The position numbers and the translations under genes were made by a program. A DNA stretch of 64,000 bases from an uncultured cyanobacterium (lineage in GTDB: Bacteria > Cyanobacteriota > Cyanobacteriia > Cyanobacteriales > CAWUOF01), in NCBI GenBank assembly GCA_963744145.1, contig CAVUSO010000001.1, positions 448,001-512,000 of the forward strand. The letters run 5' to 3'. A model generated the notes under the pieces. It was not told the origin of the DNA and did not search any database. It worked only from the letters and a program-made list of their open reading frames with translations. Positions 40,655 to 54,737 of this stretch are shown piece after piece (the stretch's first letter is position 1; each line of letters starts with the position of its first letter).

Positions 40655-43600
40655 ATGCTAATACTACCAAATAACCAAGCAATTACATTTATATTAGAAA
40701 TCCTGGAGCTAAGAGCGCAAACTCAGTCTGAGCAGCGATGCTATACTTTTCTGAGCAATGGGGAAACTGAGTCAGGGAGTCTGACCTATAGAGAATTAGT
40801 GAGACAAGCTAGAGCGATCGCCTCCCAGCTCCAATCTGACCGAGGAGAACGAGCATTACTATTATACCATTCTGAATTAGAGTTTATCACAGCGTTTTTT
40901 GGCTGTTTATATGCGGGAGTGGTGGCAGTACCAGTATATCCTCCCAGACGTAATCAGAAATTGTCTCGTTTACTGTCAATCATCAATAATGCCCAAGCCA
41001 AGTTAGCATTGACGACAACAGCAATATTGCCCGACTTGGAGCAGAAGTCAGAAGCACAAACAGAATTAGCTCAGTTAAGGTTAATCGCTACAGATGCGAT
41101 CGCTGCTAATAGTGAAGAATTTGTATTGCCATCAGTCACACCAGAAACTTTGGCGTTTTTGCAATACACTTCGGGTTCTACGGGAACACCCAAAGGAGTG
41201 ATGGTAACACATGGCAATATCATTCATAATCAGCAGTTAATTCAGCAAGCTTTTGGTCATAGTGAGAAGACCATATTTGCGGGTTGGTTGCCATTGTTTC
41301 ATGATATGGGACTAATTGGTAATGTATTGCAACCAATGTATCTGGGAATTCCCTGTATTTTGATGCCCCCAGTAGCATTTCTGCAAAAGCCGATTCGTTG
41401 GTTGCAGATGATTTCTAAATATCAAGCGACTACCAGTGGTGGACCGAATTTCGCTTATGATTTATGTGTAAAAAAAATTCCAGACGAACAATTAGGGGAA
41501 CTAGACTTGAGGAGTTGGGATGTAGCTTTTAATGGAGCTGAACCAGTCCGAGCAGAAACCCTGGAGCAATTTAGTCAAAAATTTGCCGAATGTGGTTTTA
41601 ATTATAATGCTTTTTATCCTTGTTATGGCATGGCGGAGACAACGCTATTAACAACAGGTGGGGAGAAGACTCAAAGTCCAGTAGTTCAAAGAGTTAAGGC
41701 TGAGGAACTAGAGCAAAATTTGGTAGTAGATAGTGAGAGCGAAACAGCAGAAAGTCGTACATTTATAGGATGTGGTCATCCCTACCAAGACACCACAGTA
41801 GTAATAGTTAACCCGGAGTTATTAACTCCCTGTGCAGAAAGACAAGTCGGAGAAATTTGGGTATCAGGTGGGAGTGTAGCGGCGGGATATTGGCAGAGTC
41901 CTGAAGCAACAGCAGAAACATTTCAAGCAGCTCTAAGGGATAGCGGTGCAGGTCCTTTTCTTCGCACAGGAGACTTAGGGTTTTTCCTGAATGGAGAGTT
42001 GTTTGTGACAGGGAGAAGAAAAGATTTAATTATTATTAAAGGCAGAAATCATTATCCCCAAGACCTAGAAGTAACAGTAGAAAAAAGTCATCCTGCCCTC
42101 CGAGAGAATTGTAGTGCAGCATTTTCAGTAGAAAGGCAAGGAGAGGAAAAGCTGATAGTTGCTTGTGAGGTAGAAAGAACTGAACTCAGGAAACTGAAGC
42201 TAGATGAGATTGTCAGAGAAATCCAAATTGCAGTAGCCACAGAACATGAGTTAGAAGTTGATGGAGTTGTCTTGTTGAAGACCGGAAGTATTCCGAAAAC
42301 TTCGAGTGGAAAAATTCAACGTCGAGCTGGTCAATTAGGATTTTTAGAGAATAGTTTAGAGAGCGTAGGCAGGTGGGAAAAACCTCTCTCAAATGAACGG
42401 GAAATATATGTAGAACCTCTCTCAAATGAACGGGAAATATATGTAGCACCAAGGACTGGCAATGAAGAACTCATTGCTAACATTTTCGCCCAAGTCCTAG
42501 GGATAGAAGCAGTAGGAATTCATGACAACTTCTTTGGCTTGGGAGGACATTCTCTCTTAGCCACCCAATTAATTTCCCGACTCCAACTTACCTTTGGTGT
42601 AGAAATCCCCCTAAGAACAATCTTTGCATCTCCAACAGTAACTCAATTAGAGCAAACATTAACCCAGTTATGTAAGACGGGAAGTGGATTAAGTCTACCT
42701 CCAATTCAACCCAGAAAAGAGGGAGAAGAATTACCCCTATCATGGGCACAAGAACGACTGTGGTTCCTGAATCAACTAGAAGGGGCAAGTGCGACTTATA
42801 ACCTAGCAGGAGCGTTTCGGATCACTGGGGACTTAGATATTAATGCACTGCAACAAGCATTAGCCGAGATAGTCCGCTTCGTCACGAGGTACTACGCACA
42901 AGCTTCGCTACAGTAAATGGTCAACCAGTTCAGGTAATTGACTCAGCAGCCACCATCAACATGAATGTGGTGGATTTACCACAAATACCAGATCCAGAAC
43001 GCGAACAGCATTTACAGCAGTTAATACAACAAGAAGCAATTACCCCCTTTGACTTAGAAATAGCACCTTTAATCCGAGCCAGTTTGTTCCAGTTATCAGC
43101 CCGAGAATATGTGTTATTAATCACCATGCACCACATTGTTTCGGATGGTTGGTCAATCGGAGTATTCAGCTCGGAACTATCGGTTTTATATCAAGCTTTT
43201 AGTAGAGGAGAAGTATCACCCTTACCAGCATTAGCGATTCAGTATGCCGACTTTACCTGGTGGCAAAGAGAATGGTTGAGTGGTCGAAAGTTGGAAAATC
43301 AACTTAATTATTGGAACCAGCAACTTATGGGTGCTAATCCTATACTGGAATTACCTACAGATTATCTACGCCCTCCAGTTCAGACATTTTCTGGTGCTAA
43401 CCAATCTTTGCTGCTCAATCAGGAGCTAATAACAGCGATCAAAACCTTGTCTTATCAGCAAGGAGTGACCTTATTTATGATCTTATTAGCGGCATTCCAG
43501 GTATTACTGTATCGTTATAGTGGGCAAGAAGATATTATTGTTGGTTTTCCCGTTGCTGGTCGTAATCGGGCTGAGGTGGAGAACATGATTGGATTTTTCA

Positions 43601-46600
43601 TTAATACGCTTGTCCTGAGAACTAAATTAGTCGGTAATCCCAGTTTTTTAGAATTATTAAAACAAGTTTACCAAGCGGCATTAGATGCTTATCTTTATCA
43701 AGATATGCCTTTTGAGAAAATAGTGCAATCACTCAAACTCAAACCAGACTTGAGTCGTAACCCCCTATTTCAAGTGTGTTTCAATATGCTCAATTTAGAA
43801 GATATAAAACTGGAATTACCAAGTATGGCTGTGGCAACAATAAATATGCCAAAGACTAATACCAAATTTGACATCGATCTATATCTTCAAGAGCAAAATG
43901 ATGGAGTTAAACTAGATTTAACGTATAATTCTGATCTATTTAAACCAGAGCGAATGAAAGAAATGCTCCATCAATTTCAGCATTTGCTTGAGCAAATAGT
44001 TGTTAATCCTGAAGTTAAAATTGCTGAAATTTCTTTAGTCACTCAGAGAGCAGAATTATTGTTGCCAAATCCACGACAGCTATTGTCTAAAAACTTGACG
44101 CTACCTGGTCATATCGGTTTTTGGCAACAAGCTCAAAAGCTGCCAGATCAAATAGCGATAGTTGATGCACAAGTCAGATGGACTTACGCTGAACTAGAAG
44201 AACGTAGTAACTTACTGGCTGATTATTTGCTCGTAAATCAAATAAAATCCCAAGATATTGTAGCTATCTATGGTCATCGCAGTGCTGGCTTAGTTTGGGC
44301 AATACTAGGTATTCTCAAAGCTGGTGCAGCTTTTGTGATCCTCGATCCAGCTTATCCCTCATTCCGTTTAATCGATTGTCTAGAAGTTGCTCAACCTCGC
44401 GCTTGGTTGCAAATCAGTATAGCCGGAGCAATTACAGATTCTTTGCAAGATTATCTAGAAACTTTAGCTTTAAAGTGTAATTTACAACTTCCTCAAGGCT
44501 CAATCGCTGAAATTCGCCACTTATTTTCGGATTATGTACCTAGCAATCCAGAAATAGTAGTGGAGCCAGACCAATTAGCCTACATCGCTTTTACTTCTGG
44601 TTCGAGCGGAAAACCTAAAGGAATTCTCGGTACTCACAGACCTCTATCCCATTTTATCCAATGGCATTGTCAGACCTTTGGACTGAAGGAGTCAGACCGA
44701 TTTAGTATGCTCTCTGGACTATCTCACGATCCCTTACTACGGGATATATTCACACCATTATCGCTAGGTGCAACTTTATGTATTCCTCAGTCATTAGATA
44801 TTGAGACACCTGAGCAACTAGCTAATTGGCTCAAAGAACAGCAAATAACTATTACTCATCTAACGCCAGCGCTCGCCCAATTATTATTAATAGGAAATCC
44901 GATAGAGCCAACCCTATACTTACGTTATATATTTTTTGGTGGGGATGTTTTAAAAATGCCGGATGTCCTAAACATCAAGGATTTTGCGCCTCATGCCACC
45001 TGTATTAATTTCTATGGAGCTACAGAAACGCCACAAGTAATGAGTTATTTTATCATCCCCGACTCAAGTAATCAGGTAGATTTGAATAGGAAAAATATAC
45101 CTCTGGGTCGAGGGATTGAAAATGTGCAACTTTTAATACTAAATAATCAACAAAATTTAGCTGGAATTGGAGAATTAGGAGAAATTTATGTACGTACCCC
45201 TTATTTAAGTAAGGGGTATATTGGCAGTAATGAACTTAACGAAGAGAGATTCATCATCAATCCAATCACTGAAATACCAGATGACAAACTGTACAAAACG
45301 GGTGACCTTGCCCGTTACTTAGCAGATGGAAACATCGAATACTTTGGTCGCATAGATAACCAAGTGAAGATTCGTGGTTTCCGCATCGAATTAGGCGAAA
45401 TCGAAGCAGTCCTCAACACCCATGCTCAAATCCAACAAGCTGTGGTAATGCCGCGAGAAGATGTTCCTGGAGACAAACGCTTGGTTGCATATATAGTCAC
45501 CTCAGATGAATCACTGACCAGCCATCAATTGCGGGAATTTCTCAAGCAAAAGCTCCCAGAATACATGGTGCCCAGTGCTTGGGTGATGTTAGACAAGTTA
45601 CCGTTAACACCCAACGGGAAAATCGATCGCCAAGCATTACCAGCACCTGATGGGGAAATAACTAGAACAGATCAGTATGTAGCCCCAAGAACACCAAGGG
45701 AAGAAATCATTGCTAATATTTTCGCTCAAGTTCTCAATGTGCAGAATGTAGGAATTGATCACAATTTCTTTGAATTAGGCGGACATTCTCTCTTAGCGAC
45801 CCAATTAGTTTCTCGACTCCGACGGGCTTTTGGGGTCGAAATTCCCTTGCGAGCCATCTTTGCAGCGCCGACAGTAGTTGAATTAAACCAAACCTTAACC
45901 CAGTTAAGTAATCAGGGAAGTGGATTAGGTCTGCCACCCATTCAACCAAGAGAAGAGCGAGAAGAATTACCCCTATCATGGGCGCAAGAAGGACTGTGGT
46001 TCCTGAATCAACTCGAAGGTGCAAGTGCTACATATAATATGCCAGGAGCAGTTCGCATCACTGGTGATTTAGATATTAATGTACTGCAACAAGCATTAGC
46101 CGAGATCGTCCGCCGTCACGAGGTACTACGCACAAGCTTCGCCACAGTAAATGGTCAACCAGTTCAGGTAATTGACTCAGCAGCGACCATCAACATCAAG
46201 GTGGTGGATTTACCACAACTACCAGATGCAGAAGGTGAACAGCATTTACAGCAGTTAATACAACAAGAAGCACATACCCCCTTTGACTTAGAAATAGCAC
46301 CTTTAATCCGCTCTAGTTTGTTAAGGTTATCAGCAACAGAATATGTGTTATTGCTGACCATGTATCATATTGTTTCAGATGGTTGGTCAATTGGTATATT
46401 CAGTTCAGAACTATCGTCTTTATATCAAGCTTTTAGTCGAGGAGAAGCATCACCCTTACCAGCATTAGCGATTCAGTATGCCGACTTTACAGTTTGGCAA
46501 AGAGAATGGTTAAGTGGGGAAATATTAGCAACTCAACTTAATTACTGGCGATCGCAATTAAAAGATGCTCCATCACTATTACAATTACCAACAGATCGCC

Positions 46601-49600
46601 CTCGTCCCAGTGTCCAAACTTACCGAGGCAGTACCCAAACTTTTAGCTTAAATCCTGATTTAACCAAGCAGTTACAAACTCGATCGCGAGCATCGGGGAC
46701 GACCTTATTTATGACCCTGGTGGCAACATTTGCGACATTATTACATCGCTACAGTGGTGAATCAGATATTTTAATCGGTACTCCCATTGCGAATCGTAAT
46801 CGGGAAGAAATTGAAGGGCTGATTGGCTTTTTTGTGAATACATTAGTGTTGAGAACCCAGGTAGAAAATAATCCGAGTTTTGAGGAGCTACTGACACAAG
46901 TAAGGGAAACCACACTCCAAGCTTATCAGCATCAGGATGTACCTTTTGAACAAGTAGTAGAAGCCTTACAACCAGAACGTTCTTTAAGTCATTCACCGCT
47001 GTTCCAGGTGACGTTTGTCTTCCAAAATACACCCATGAGGGACTTAGAATTACCGGGTGTAGTCGTGGCTCAGTTATCGACAGAAAGCACAATTGCCAAG
47101 TTTGATTTAACCTTGTCAATGACGGAAAGTGAGTCGGGATTAGTCGGAGAATGGGAGTACAATACAGATTTATTTGATGACACAACTATTGAGCGGATGG
47201 CGACTCATTTTCAGAATTTATTGTTAGCGATCGCCGAAAATCCGCACCAAAGGGTGGGTGAAATCCCTCTGTTGAGTGCCGCCGAACGACATCAGTTGTT
47301 AGTCGAGTGGAATGATACCGCCACCGAATATCCCAGGGATAAATGTATTCATCAGTTGTTTGAGGAACAAGTAGAAAAAACGCCTTTAGCCGTAGCAGTA
47401 GTATTTGAGAACCAGCAGTTAACCTATCAAGAATTAAATCAAAAATCTAACCAATTGGCACATTACCTCCAAGGTTTAGGAGTAGGACTAGAAGTGTTGG
47501 TGGGGATTTGTGTAGAGCGATCGCCCTCAATGGTGGTAGGACTATTGGGGATTCTCAAAGCGGGTGGAGCTTATGTGCCTCTTGACCCCAATTATCCTCA
47601 AGAAAGGCTGAGTTATATGTTAGCAGATTCCGGTGTAGGAGTGTTGTTAACTCAACAGTCTTTATTGGCATCTTTACCATCACATAGCGCACAGATAGTT
47701 GGTTTAGATACGGATTGGGAAGCGATCGCTCAAGCGAGTCAGGAGAATCTTGATGCTGGGGTAGGTGCAGAGAATTTAGCTTATGTAATCTACACATCAG
47801 GTTCGACGGGACTACCCAAGGGAGTAGCGATTGAACATCAAAGTCCGGTAGCTTTAGGTTATTGGGCTAGACAAACATTTACGACGGCACAGCTGAGTGG
47901 GGTTTTGGCGTCAACTTCTATTTGTTTTGATTTATCGGTGTTTGAGTTATTTGTCACCCTATTTATGGGCGGGAAAATAATTCTGGTCCGATCATGCTCT
48001 GGATCTAATCAATCTGAAAGCAGCAGCAGAAATAACTTTAATTAATACTGTGCCTTCGGCGATCGCTGAATTGTTAAGAATCGAGGGCATACCAGCACAA
48101 GTCCAAACTGTAAATTTGGCGGGGGAATCGCTGCCAAATCAAATAGTAGAGCAGTTGTACAAACAGGAAAATATTGAGAGAGTATATAATTTGTATGGGC
48201 CATCAGAAGATACCACCTACTCGACCTTTGCTTTGATCGAAAAGGGCACAAACACCGCACCTACCATTGGTCGCCCCATCAGCAATAGCCAAATTTATAT
48301 CCTCGACCAATATCTGCAACCAGTACCGATCGATGTAGCTGGAGAAATCTACTTAGGTGGTGATGGTCTGGCTCGAGGCTACTTGAATCGCCCAGAACTA
48401 ACCACGGAAAAATTTATTCCTCATCCCTTTAGTAATCAACCAAATGCTCGTCTCTATAAAACCGGAGACTTAGCCCGTTATCTCCCAGATGGCAATATTG
48501 AGTATATAGGACGCATCGATCATCAGGTGAAGATTCGTGGTTTCCGGATCGAGTTAGGGGAAATTGAAGCAGTCCTCAATGCTCATCCTCAAATCCAGCA
48601 AGCTCTAGTAATGCCGCGAGAAGAGGTTCCTGGTAATAAACGCTTAGTTGCATATATAGTCAGCGCGGATGAATCACTGACTAGCCATCAATTGCGGGAA
48701 TTTCTCCAGCAAAAGCTCCCAGAATACATGGTGCCTAGTGCTTGGGTGATGTTAGACCAATTCCCGTTAACAGCCAACGGGAAAATCGATCGCCAAGCAC
48801 TACCAGCACCCGATGGGGAAATCACTAGAGCAGATGAGTATGTAGCACCAAGAACGCCAAGTGAAGAAATCATCGCCAACATCTTCGCTCAAGTTCTAGG
48901 GGTGCAAAAGGTCGGAATTCATGATAACTTCTTTGAATTAGGCGGACATTCTCTCTTAGCGACCCAATTAGTTTCTCGGCTCCGACGAGCTTTTGGCGTC
49001 GAAATTCCCCTGCGAGCCATCTTTGCAGCACCAACAGTAGTTGAATTAAACCAAACCTTAACCCAGTTAAGTCATCAGGGCAGTCAAGTCAGTCTGCCAC
49101 CCATTCAACCCAGAAAAGAGGGAGAAGAATTACTCCTATCATGGGCGCAAGAACGACTGTGGTTTCTGAATCAATTAGAAGGGGCAAGTGCTACTTACAA
49201 TATCCCAGGAGCATTTCGCTTGACTGGGGATTTAGATATTAAAGCACTACAACAAGCATTAGCAGAGATCGTCCGCCGCCATGAAGTCCTACGCACGAGC
49301 TTCACTACAGTAAATGGTCAACCAGTTCAGGTAATTGACTCAATTGCCACCATCAACATCAAGGTGGTGGATTTACCACAATTACCTGATGCAGAAGGTG
49401 AACAGCATTTACAGCAGTTAGTACAACAAGAAGCACATACCCCCTTTGACTTAGAAATAGCACCCTTAATCCGCTCTAGTTTGTTAAGGTTATCAGCGAC
49501 AGAATATGTGTTATTAATCACTATGCACCACATTGTTTCAGATGGGTGGTCAATTGGTGTATTCAGTTCAGAACTATCGGCTTTATATCAAGCTTTTAGT

Positions 49601-52600
49601 CGAGGAGAAGCATCACCCTTACCAGCATTAGCGATTCAGTATGCCGACTTTACAGTTTGGCAAAGAGAATGGTTAAGTGGGGAAATATTAGCAACTCAAC
49701 TGAATTATTGGCAAGCGCAATTAGCCGGGATTCCATCCTTATTACAATTACCAACGGATCGCCCTCGTCCCAGTATCCAAACTTATCGAGGAAATACCCA
49801 AACTTTTAGCTTAAATTCTGATTTAACCAAGCAGTTGCAAACTCTGTCGCGGACATCGGGGACGACCTTATTTATGACCCTGGTGGCAGCGTTTGCCACA
49901 TTACTACATCGCTACAGTGGTGAATCAGATATTTTAATCGGTACTCCCATTGCCAATCGTACTAGGGGAGAAATTGAAGGGCTGATCGGATTTTTTGTGA
50001 ATACATTGGTGTTGAGAACCCAGGTAGAAAATAATCCGAGTTTTGAGGAGCTACTGACACAAGTAAGGGAAACCACCCTGCAAGCCTATCAACATCAGGA
50101 TCTGCCGTTTGAACAAGTAGTAGAAGCCTTACAACCAGAACGTTCCTTAAGTCATTCGCCGCTGTTCCAGGTGATGTTTGCCTTCCAAAATACACCCATG
50201 AGGGACTTAGAATTACCGGGTGTAGTCGTGGCTCAGTTATCGACAGAAAGCACAATTGCCAAGTTTGATTTAACCTTGTCAATGACGGAAAGTGAGTCGG
50301 GATTAGTCGGAGCATGGGAGTACAATACGGACTTATTTGATGGCACAACCATTGAGCGGATGGCGACTCATTTTCAGAATTTGTTGTCCGCAATTGAGGA
50401 AAATCCTCAACAAAAGGTGAGTGAAATTCCTCTGTTGAGTGCAGCAGAACGACATCAGTTGTTAGTAGAGTGGAATGATACCGCTACCGAATATCCGAGG
50501 GATAAATGTATTCATCAGTTGTTTGAAGAACAAGTAGAAAAAACACCTTTAGCCGTAGCAGTAGTATTTGAAAACCAGCAGTTAACCTATCAAGAATTAA
50601 ATCAAAAATCTAACCAACTGGCACATTACCTCCAAGGTTTAGGAGTAGGACCAGAGGTGTTGGTGGGGATTTGTGTAGAGCGATCGCTCTCGATGGTGAT
50701 CGGACTATTAGGGATTCTCAAAGCGGGTGGAGCTTATGTACCAATTGATCCTAATTATCCCCAGGAACGGGTTAATTTCATCTTAGCGGATACTCAAGTA
50801 TCAGTATTGTTGACGCAAGAGCAGTGGGCATCAGATTTACGGCAACAGGATGTTACTATCCTATGTCTAGACAAGAATTGGCATGAGATCGCCCAGCATG
50901 ATCAACAAAACCTAATCACTGAGGTGAGTTCTAGCAACCTAGCCTACACCATTTTCACTTCTGGGTCTACAGGTAAGCCGAAAGCTGTGCAAATTGGACA
51001 TAGGGCTGTAGTCAATTTCTTAGGTACTATGCGCCAGCACATCGGGATGACAGCAGATGATGTGCTGCTTGGGGTGACAACTTTTACCTTTGACATTGCG
51101 GGATTAGAAATTTTCTTGCCGCTGATTGTGGGTGCTTACGTGGTAGTAGCCAAGCGTGAAGTCACCGTTGATGGCCAACAGTTATTAGACTTACTGGTAA
51201 ACTCTTGCATCACTGTGATGCAAGCTACTCCAGCCACCTGGCAGTTACTGCTCGAAGCTGGATGGCCGAATTCGGCTCAATTAAAAATCCTTTGTGGTGG
51301 TGAAGCCTTACCCAGAAAACTAGCCCAGGAATTACAAGCCAGGAGTAGTTGTTTGTGGAACCTCTATGGACCAACAGAGACTACCATCTGGTCACTGATT
51401 GCTCAGGTAGATGCTCAATCCGGATTAATTTCTATTGGTAAACCAATTGCTAATACGGAAGTTTATATCCTAGACCATTATCTCCAACCAGTGCCGATCG
51501 GTGTGTCTGGGGAATTACATATTGGTGGTGCAGGATTAGCCCGATGCTACCTCAACCGTCCAGAACTAACAGCAGAAAAATTTATTCAAAATCCATTCTC
51601 AGATAATAAATCAAAACGCCTTTACCAAACAGGTGATCTAGCCCGATACTTAAACGATGGTAAGATCGAATACTTAGGGCGGATGGATAACCAAGTGAAG
51701 ATTCGTGGTTTCCGCATCGAATTAGGCGAAATCGAAGCAGTCCTTAATCATCATCATCAAATCCAACAGGCTGTAGTAATGTCGCGAGAAGATGTTTCTG
51801 GGAACAAACGCTTAGTTGCATATATAGTCAGCACGGATGAATCATTGACCAGCCATCAATTGCGGGAATTTCTCAAGCAAAAGCTCCCAGAATATATGGT
51901 GCCTAGTGCTTGGGTGATGTTAGACAAGTTACCGTTAACAGCCAACAGGAAAATCGATCGCCAAGCCTTACCAGCACCCGATGGGGAAATTAGTAGAAGT
52001 AAGGAATACATCGCACCAAGGACAGCGATCGAGCAAATCATCGCTAACATTTTCGCTCAAGTTCTCAATGTGCAAAAGGTCGGAATTCATGACAATTTCT
52101 TTGAACTGGGCGGACATTCTCTCTTAGCCACCCAATTAGTTTCCCGACTCAGACTTGCCTTTGATGTAGAAATACCCATAAGAACTATTTTCACATCACC
52201 CACAGTAGCTCAACTAGACCAAACATTAACCCAGTTACGTACTAGTGAAAGTGGCTTAAGTCTTCCTCCCATTCAACGTGTAACAGACAGCGCACAAGAA
52301 CTAGCGATTCAGCCGGAACAATCTTTCAGCAGTGCATTATCTGAGAGTAAAATTTCTCTTTCCCATGCCATAAGAAAAAACTCACGCATACCACTATCTG
52401 AAGCACAACAGTATATCTGGTATGTTCAGCAATTAAGTCCTGAGAGTTGCGTTTGCAACTCTGGTGTTTTTTTACGGTTAGCTTTCGAGCCTTCAGAAGA
52501 ATTATTGGAAAGGAGCATTAACGAAATTATCCGTCGTTATCAAATTTTGCGAACTACCTTTCCTCTCGTAAATGGTCAACCTGTACAGTCTATCTCTCCA

Positions 52601-53722
52601 GAGCTAACCATATTTCTAAATCTAGTAAATCTGAAAGACTTACATCTAGAAAAGCGACGCGATGTTGCTCTAAAAGTTTTCCATCAAGAGTATAGGCAAC
52701 ACTTTGACTTAGCTTCTGGTCCTTTAATTAAAATAACTTTATTACAGTTGGCTTCAGAAGAGAATTGGCTGTTAATACCCATGCACCACATCATTACAGA
52801 TGGCTGGTCAATTAATATATTTGTTGAAGAATTGCAAATACTTTATCAGGCTTTCTCGAATGGCTTACCTTCCCCCTTACCTGAAGTAGTATTGCAGTAT
52901 GCCGACTTTGCTTTTTGGCAGCAGCAACAGTTTAAAAAGGTATTGCAACAGCAGCTTGATTATTGGCTGCAAAAACTAGTTACTCCTCTGCAAAAATTTA
53001 AGGGAATACCAGCAAAAAAACGCTCAACAAATCTCAAAAAATGCAGCCGCCACGCATCTTTTTACTCTCTAGTTTTGAAAGAAGATATGGTCGCATCACT
53101 TGAATATTTAAGCTCTTCTCAAGAGGTTACTAAATCTACTATATTGATTGCAGCCCTGGTGCTTCTTTTGTTCAAGTGGAATGAGCAACGCGAAATTCTT
53201 ATGGCATTAACCATTGGCAATCGCACAACTCGAGAAATTGAAAAAACTCTCGGTTGCTTTATAAATGATGTAATTTTGCATTTGCAGCTTAATGAAGAAC
53301 AAACAGGAGTTGATCTTTTAAAACAGATTAGAGAAACACTTAATGATATGATCGACAATAAGGATATTGCTTTACAAAAAGTCATGGAATCTGTCAAAAG
53401 GAAAAGAGAAATAAACCTCTTGGCAAGTGTAACTATAAATTTTCCTATAAGAGGTTTAGACCTACTAATGCCTGGGTGGGACTTCCTAGAAGTTCCACCT
53501 ATTGGCAAACAACTGTGGCTCGCAGAAATTCCTCTAGAACTTTATATTGGTTCGAGATCTAAAAATTCTAATATCATTGAAATTGAAGTTTTTTATAGCA
53601 CGGATTTATTCGACCAAGAAACTATTGAGAATTTGTTTAGTTACTATCAGGAAATTTTGCACAAGCTCGCTGAGTTACCTGAAGGGAGTATTGTCAACTT
53701 AAAAAAGCTGGAGAAAAAATAA
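40655..53722 (+). CDS. FAAL-initiated NRPS: FAAL-T-C-A-T-C-A-T-C-A-T-C (about 4354 aa if two frameshifts are corrected)
   Basis: FAAL motifs WLPLFHDMGLIG and YPCYGMAE; four GGHSLLA carrier domains; C motifs HHIVSDG, YHIVSDG, HHIVSDG, HHIITDG; three A domains; no TE. The three ORF pieces join via +2 nt at ~42878 and +1 nt at ~47988. Confidence 0.92.
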
Positions 53723-53844
53723 GCACTTATTATCTCTCTAAAACTACTACTAGGTAAGCACTTCGGCAAAATAAATTGCCGATTTTGCTGTAATGGTGTA
53801 AAACAGAGGAAAACCGTAACCGTTCAGGGGGGTAGAAGAGAAAG

Positions 53845-54277
53845 CAATACGGTTCGTTTAAGCTAAAAACCAGATAAAATGAAAGTGTGACCTAAATGGA
53901 CTGAATCGGAATGCAGCTCAAAGAATTTACATTAATATCACCTGTGGTCGAATCAGGGATGATCCTCAAAGCTTTAGAAACAGCGATTCCGTCAGCAGCT
54001 ATTGAAAAAGCCATTGAGTATCCCTATCGAATCATAGGAACGACAGAGGGCTTTACCAACACATTTGGTCATCTGTCTGATCATTAGTATGAGTCTATGG
54101 TCATCCGTGGCAATGAGAACTGTGTTGAAAAATCTGGTGGGGCTTAAGCGAAGTATGGGTGAAAGTAGGTTATTATGGGCAGATCCCATGTAAATCATCG
54201 ATTACAGAAGCGAGACAACGAGTTGGTGCAGGGGTAATGAGTCGTCTGTGACCTTTAGTAGTTCGACCACAGGCTAC
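53845..54277 (+). mobile_element. IS4-family remnant (left TIR plus degenerate transposase 5' part)
   Basis: TIR CAATACGGTTCGTTTAAG. Broken frame ERQRALPTHLVICLIISMSLWSS...KSSITEARQRVG with stops and frameshifts. Confidence 0.75.
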
Positions 54278-54281
54278 TAGC

Positions 54282-54434
54282 AGGAAGACCCGTGCGATCT
54301 TACCAGAATGCGTGAACCCAAGTGGTTACGGGGTTAGAGTCGTAGGTATGGTAGCACTGCTGAGTGGAGTAGATCGTAATAGTCAAAGAATGGTACAAAG
54401 TGCCATGCAAGAAGTGTTTGGGCTTGACCTATCC
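54282..54434 (+). mobile_element. IS66-family transposase fragment
   Basis: TRAILPECVNPSGYGVRVVGMVALLSG..NSQRMVQSAMQEVFGLDLS. Confidence 0.65.
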
Positions 54435-54581
54435 TGGCCCATCTACGACGGGAATTTATCAAAATATCGGAACGTTCGGGAGTCTGTCTGGGAGTCCCTG
54501 CTAAATTGTGTAGGTATGGTTTTTCAGCTATGATTAGGTATCTTCTTTACCTCTGACACAAATTATTTGACAATCCCGTCA

Positions 54582-54720
54582 AAATAGGAGAGCATAGGTC
54601 TGCACATCTTCTTTTTACCCAAATATTGCTCGGAAATGAATCCGATTGAATTGGAATGACAACATCTAAAAAAAGATGAACTATTCAGATAATTGTTTGA
54701 TGATGAATTAGACATATCCA
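54582..54720 (+). mobile_element. IS630-family transposase C-terminal fragment
   Basis: GLHIFFLPKYCSEMNPIELE*QHLKKDEL with in-frame stops. Confidence 0.75.
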
Positions 54721-54737
54721 TTAATTAGCAAAATTAA

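Noticed and set aside
42870-47995. Programmed frameshifting or three separate NRPS genes
   Set aside because: The breaks fall mid-domain with no slippery run. The paralogous copy at ~46110 (GTCCGCCGTCACGAGG) lacks the two extra bases seen at ~42878.
40655-53722. Microcystin/nodularin cluster
   Set aside because: Despite McyE-like and Ala-type A domains, there is no PKS, aminotransferase, N-methyltransferase, epimerase or TE.
54552-54575. Type V-K CAST/Tn7 end (TGACACAAATTATTTGACA)
   Set aside because: Single loose match, with no repeated sites and no terminal TGT.
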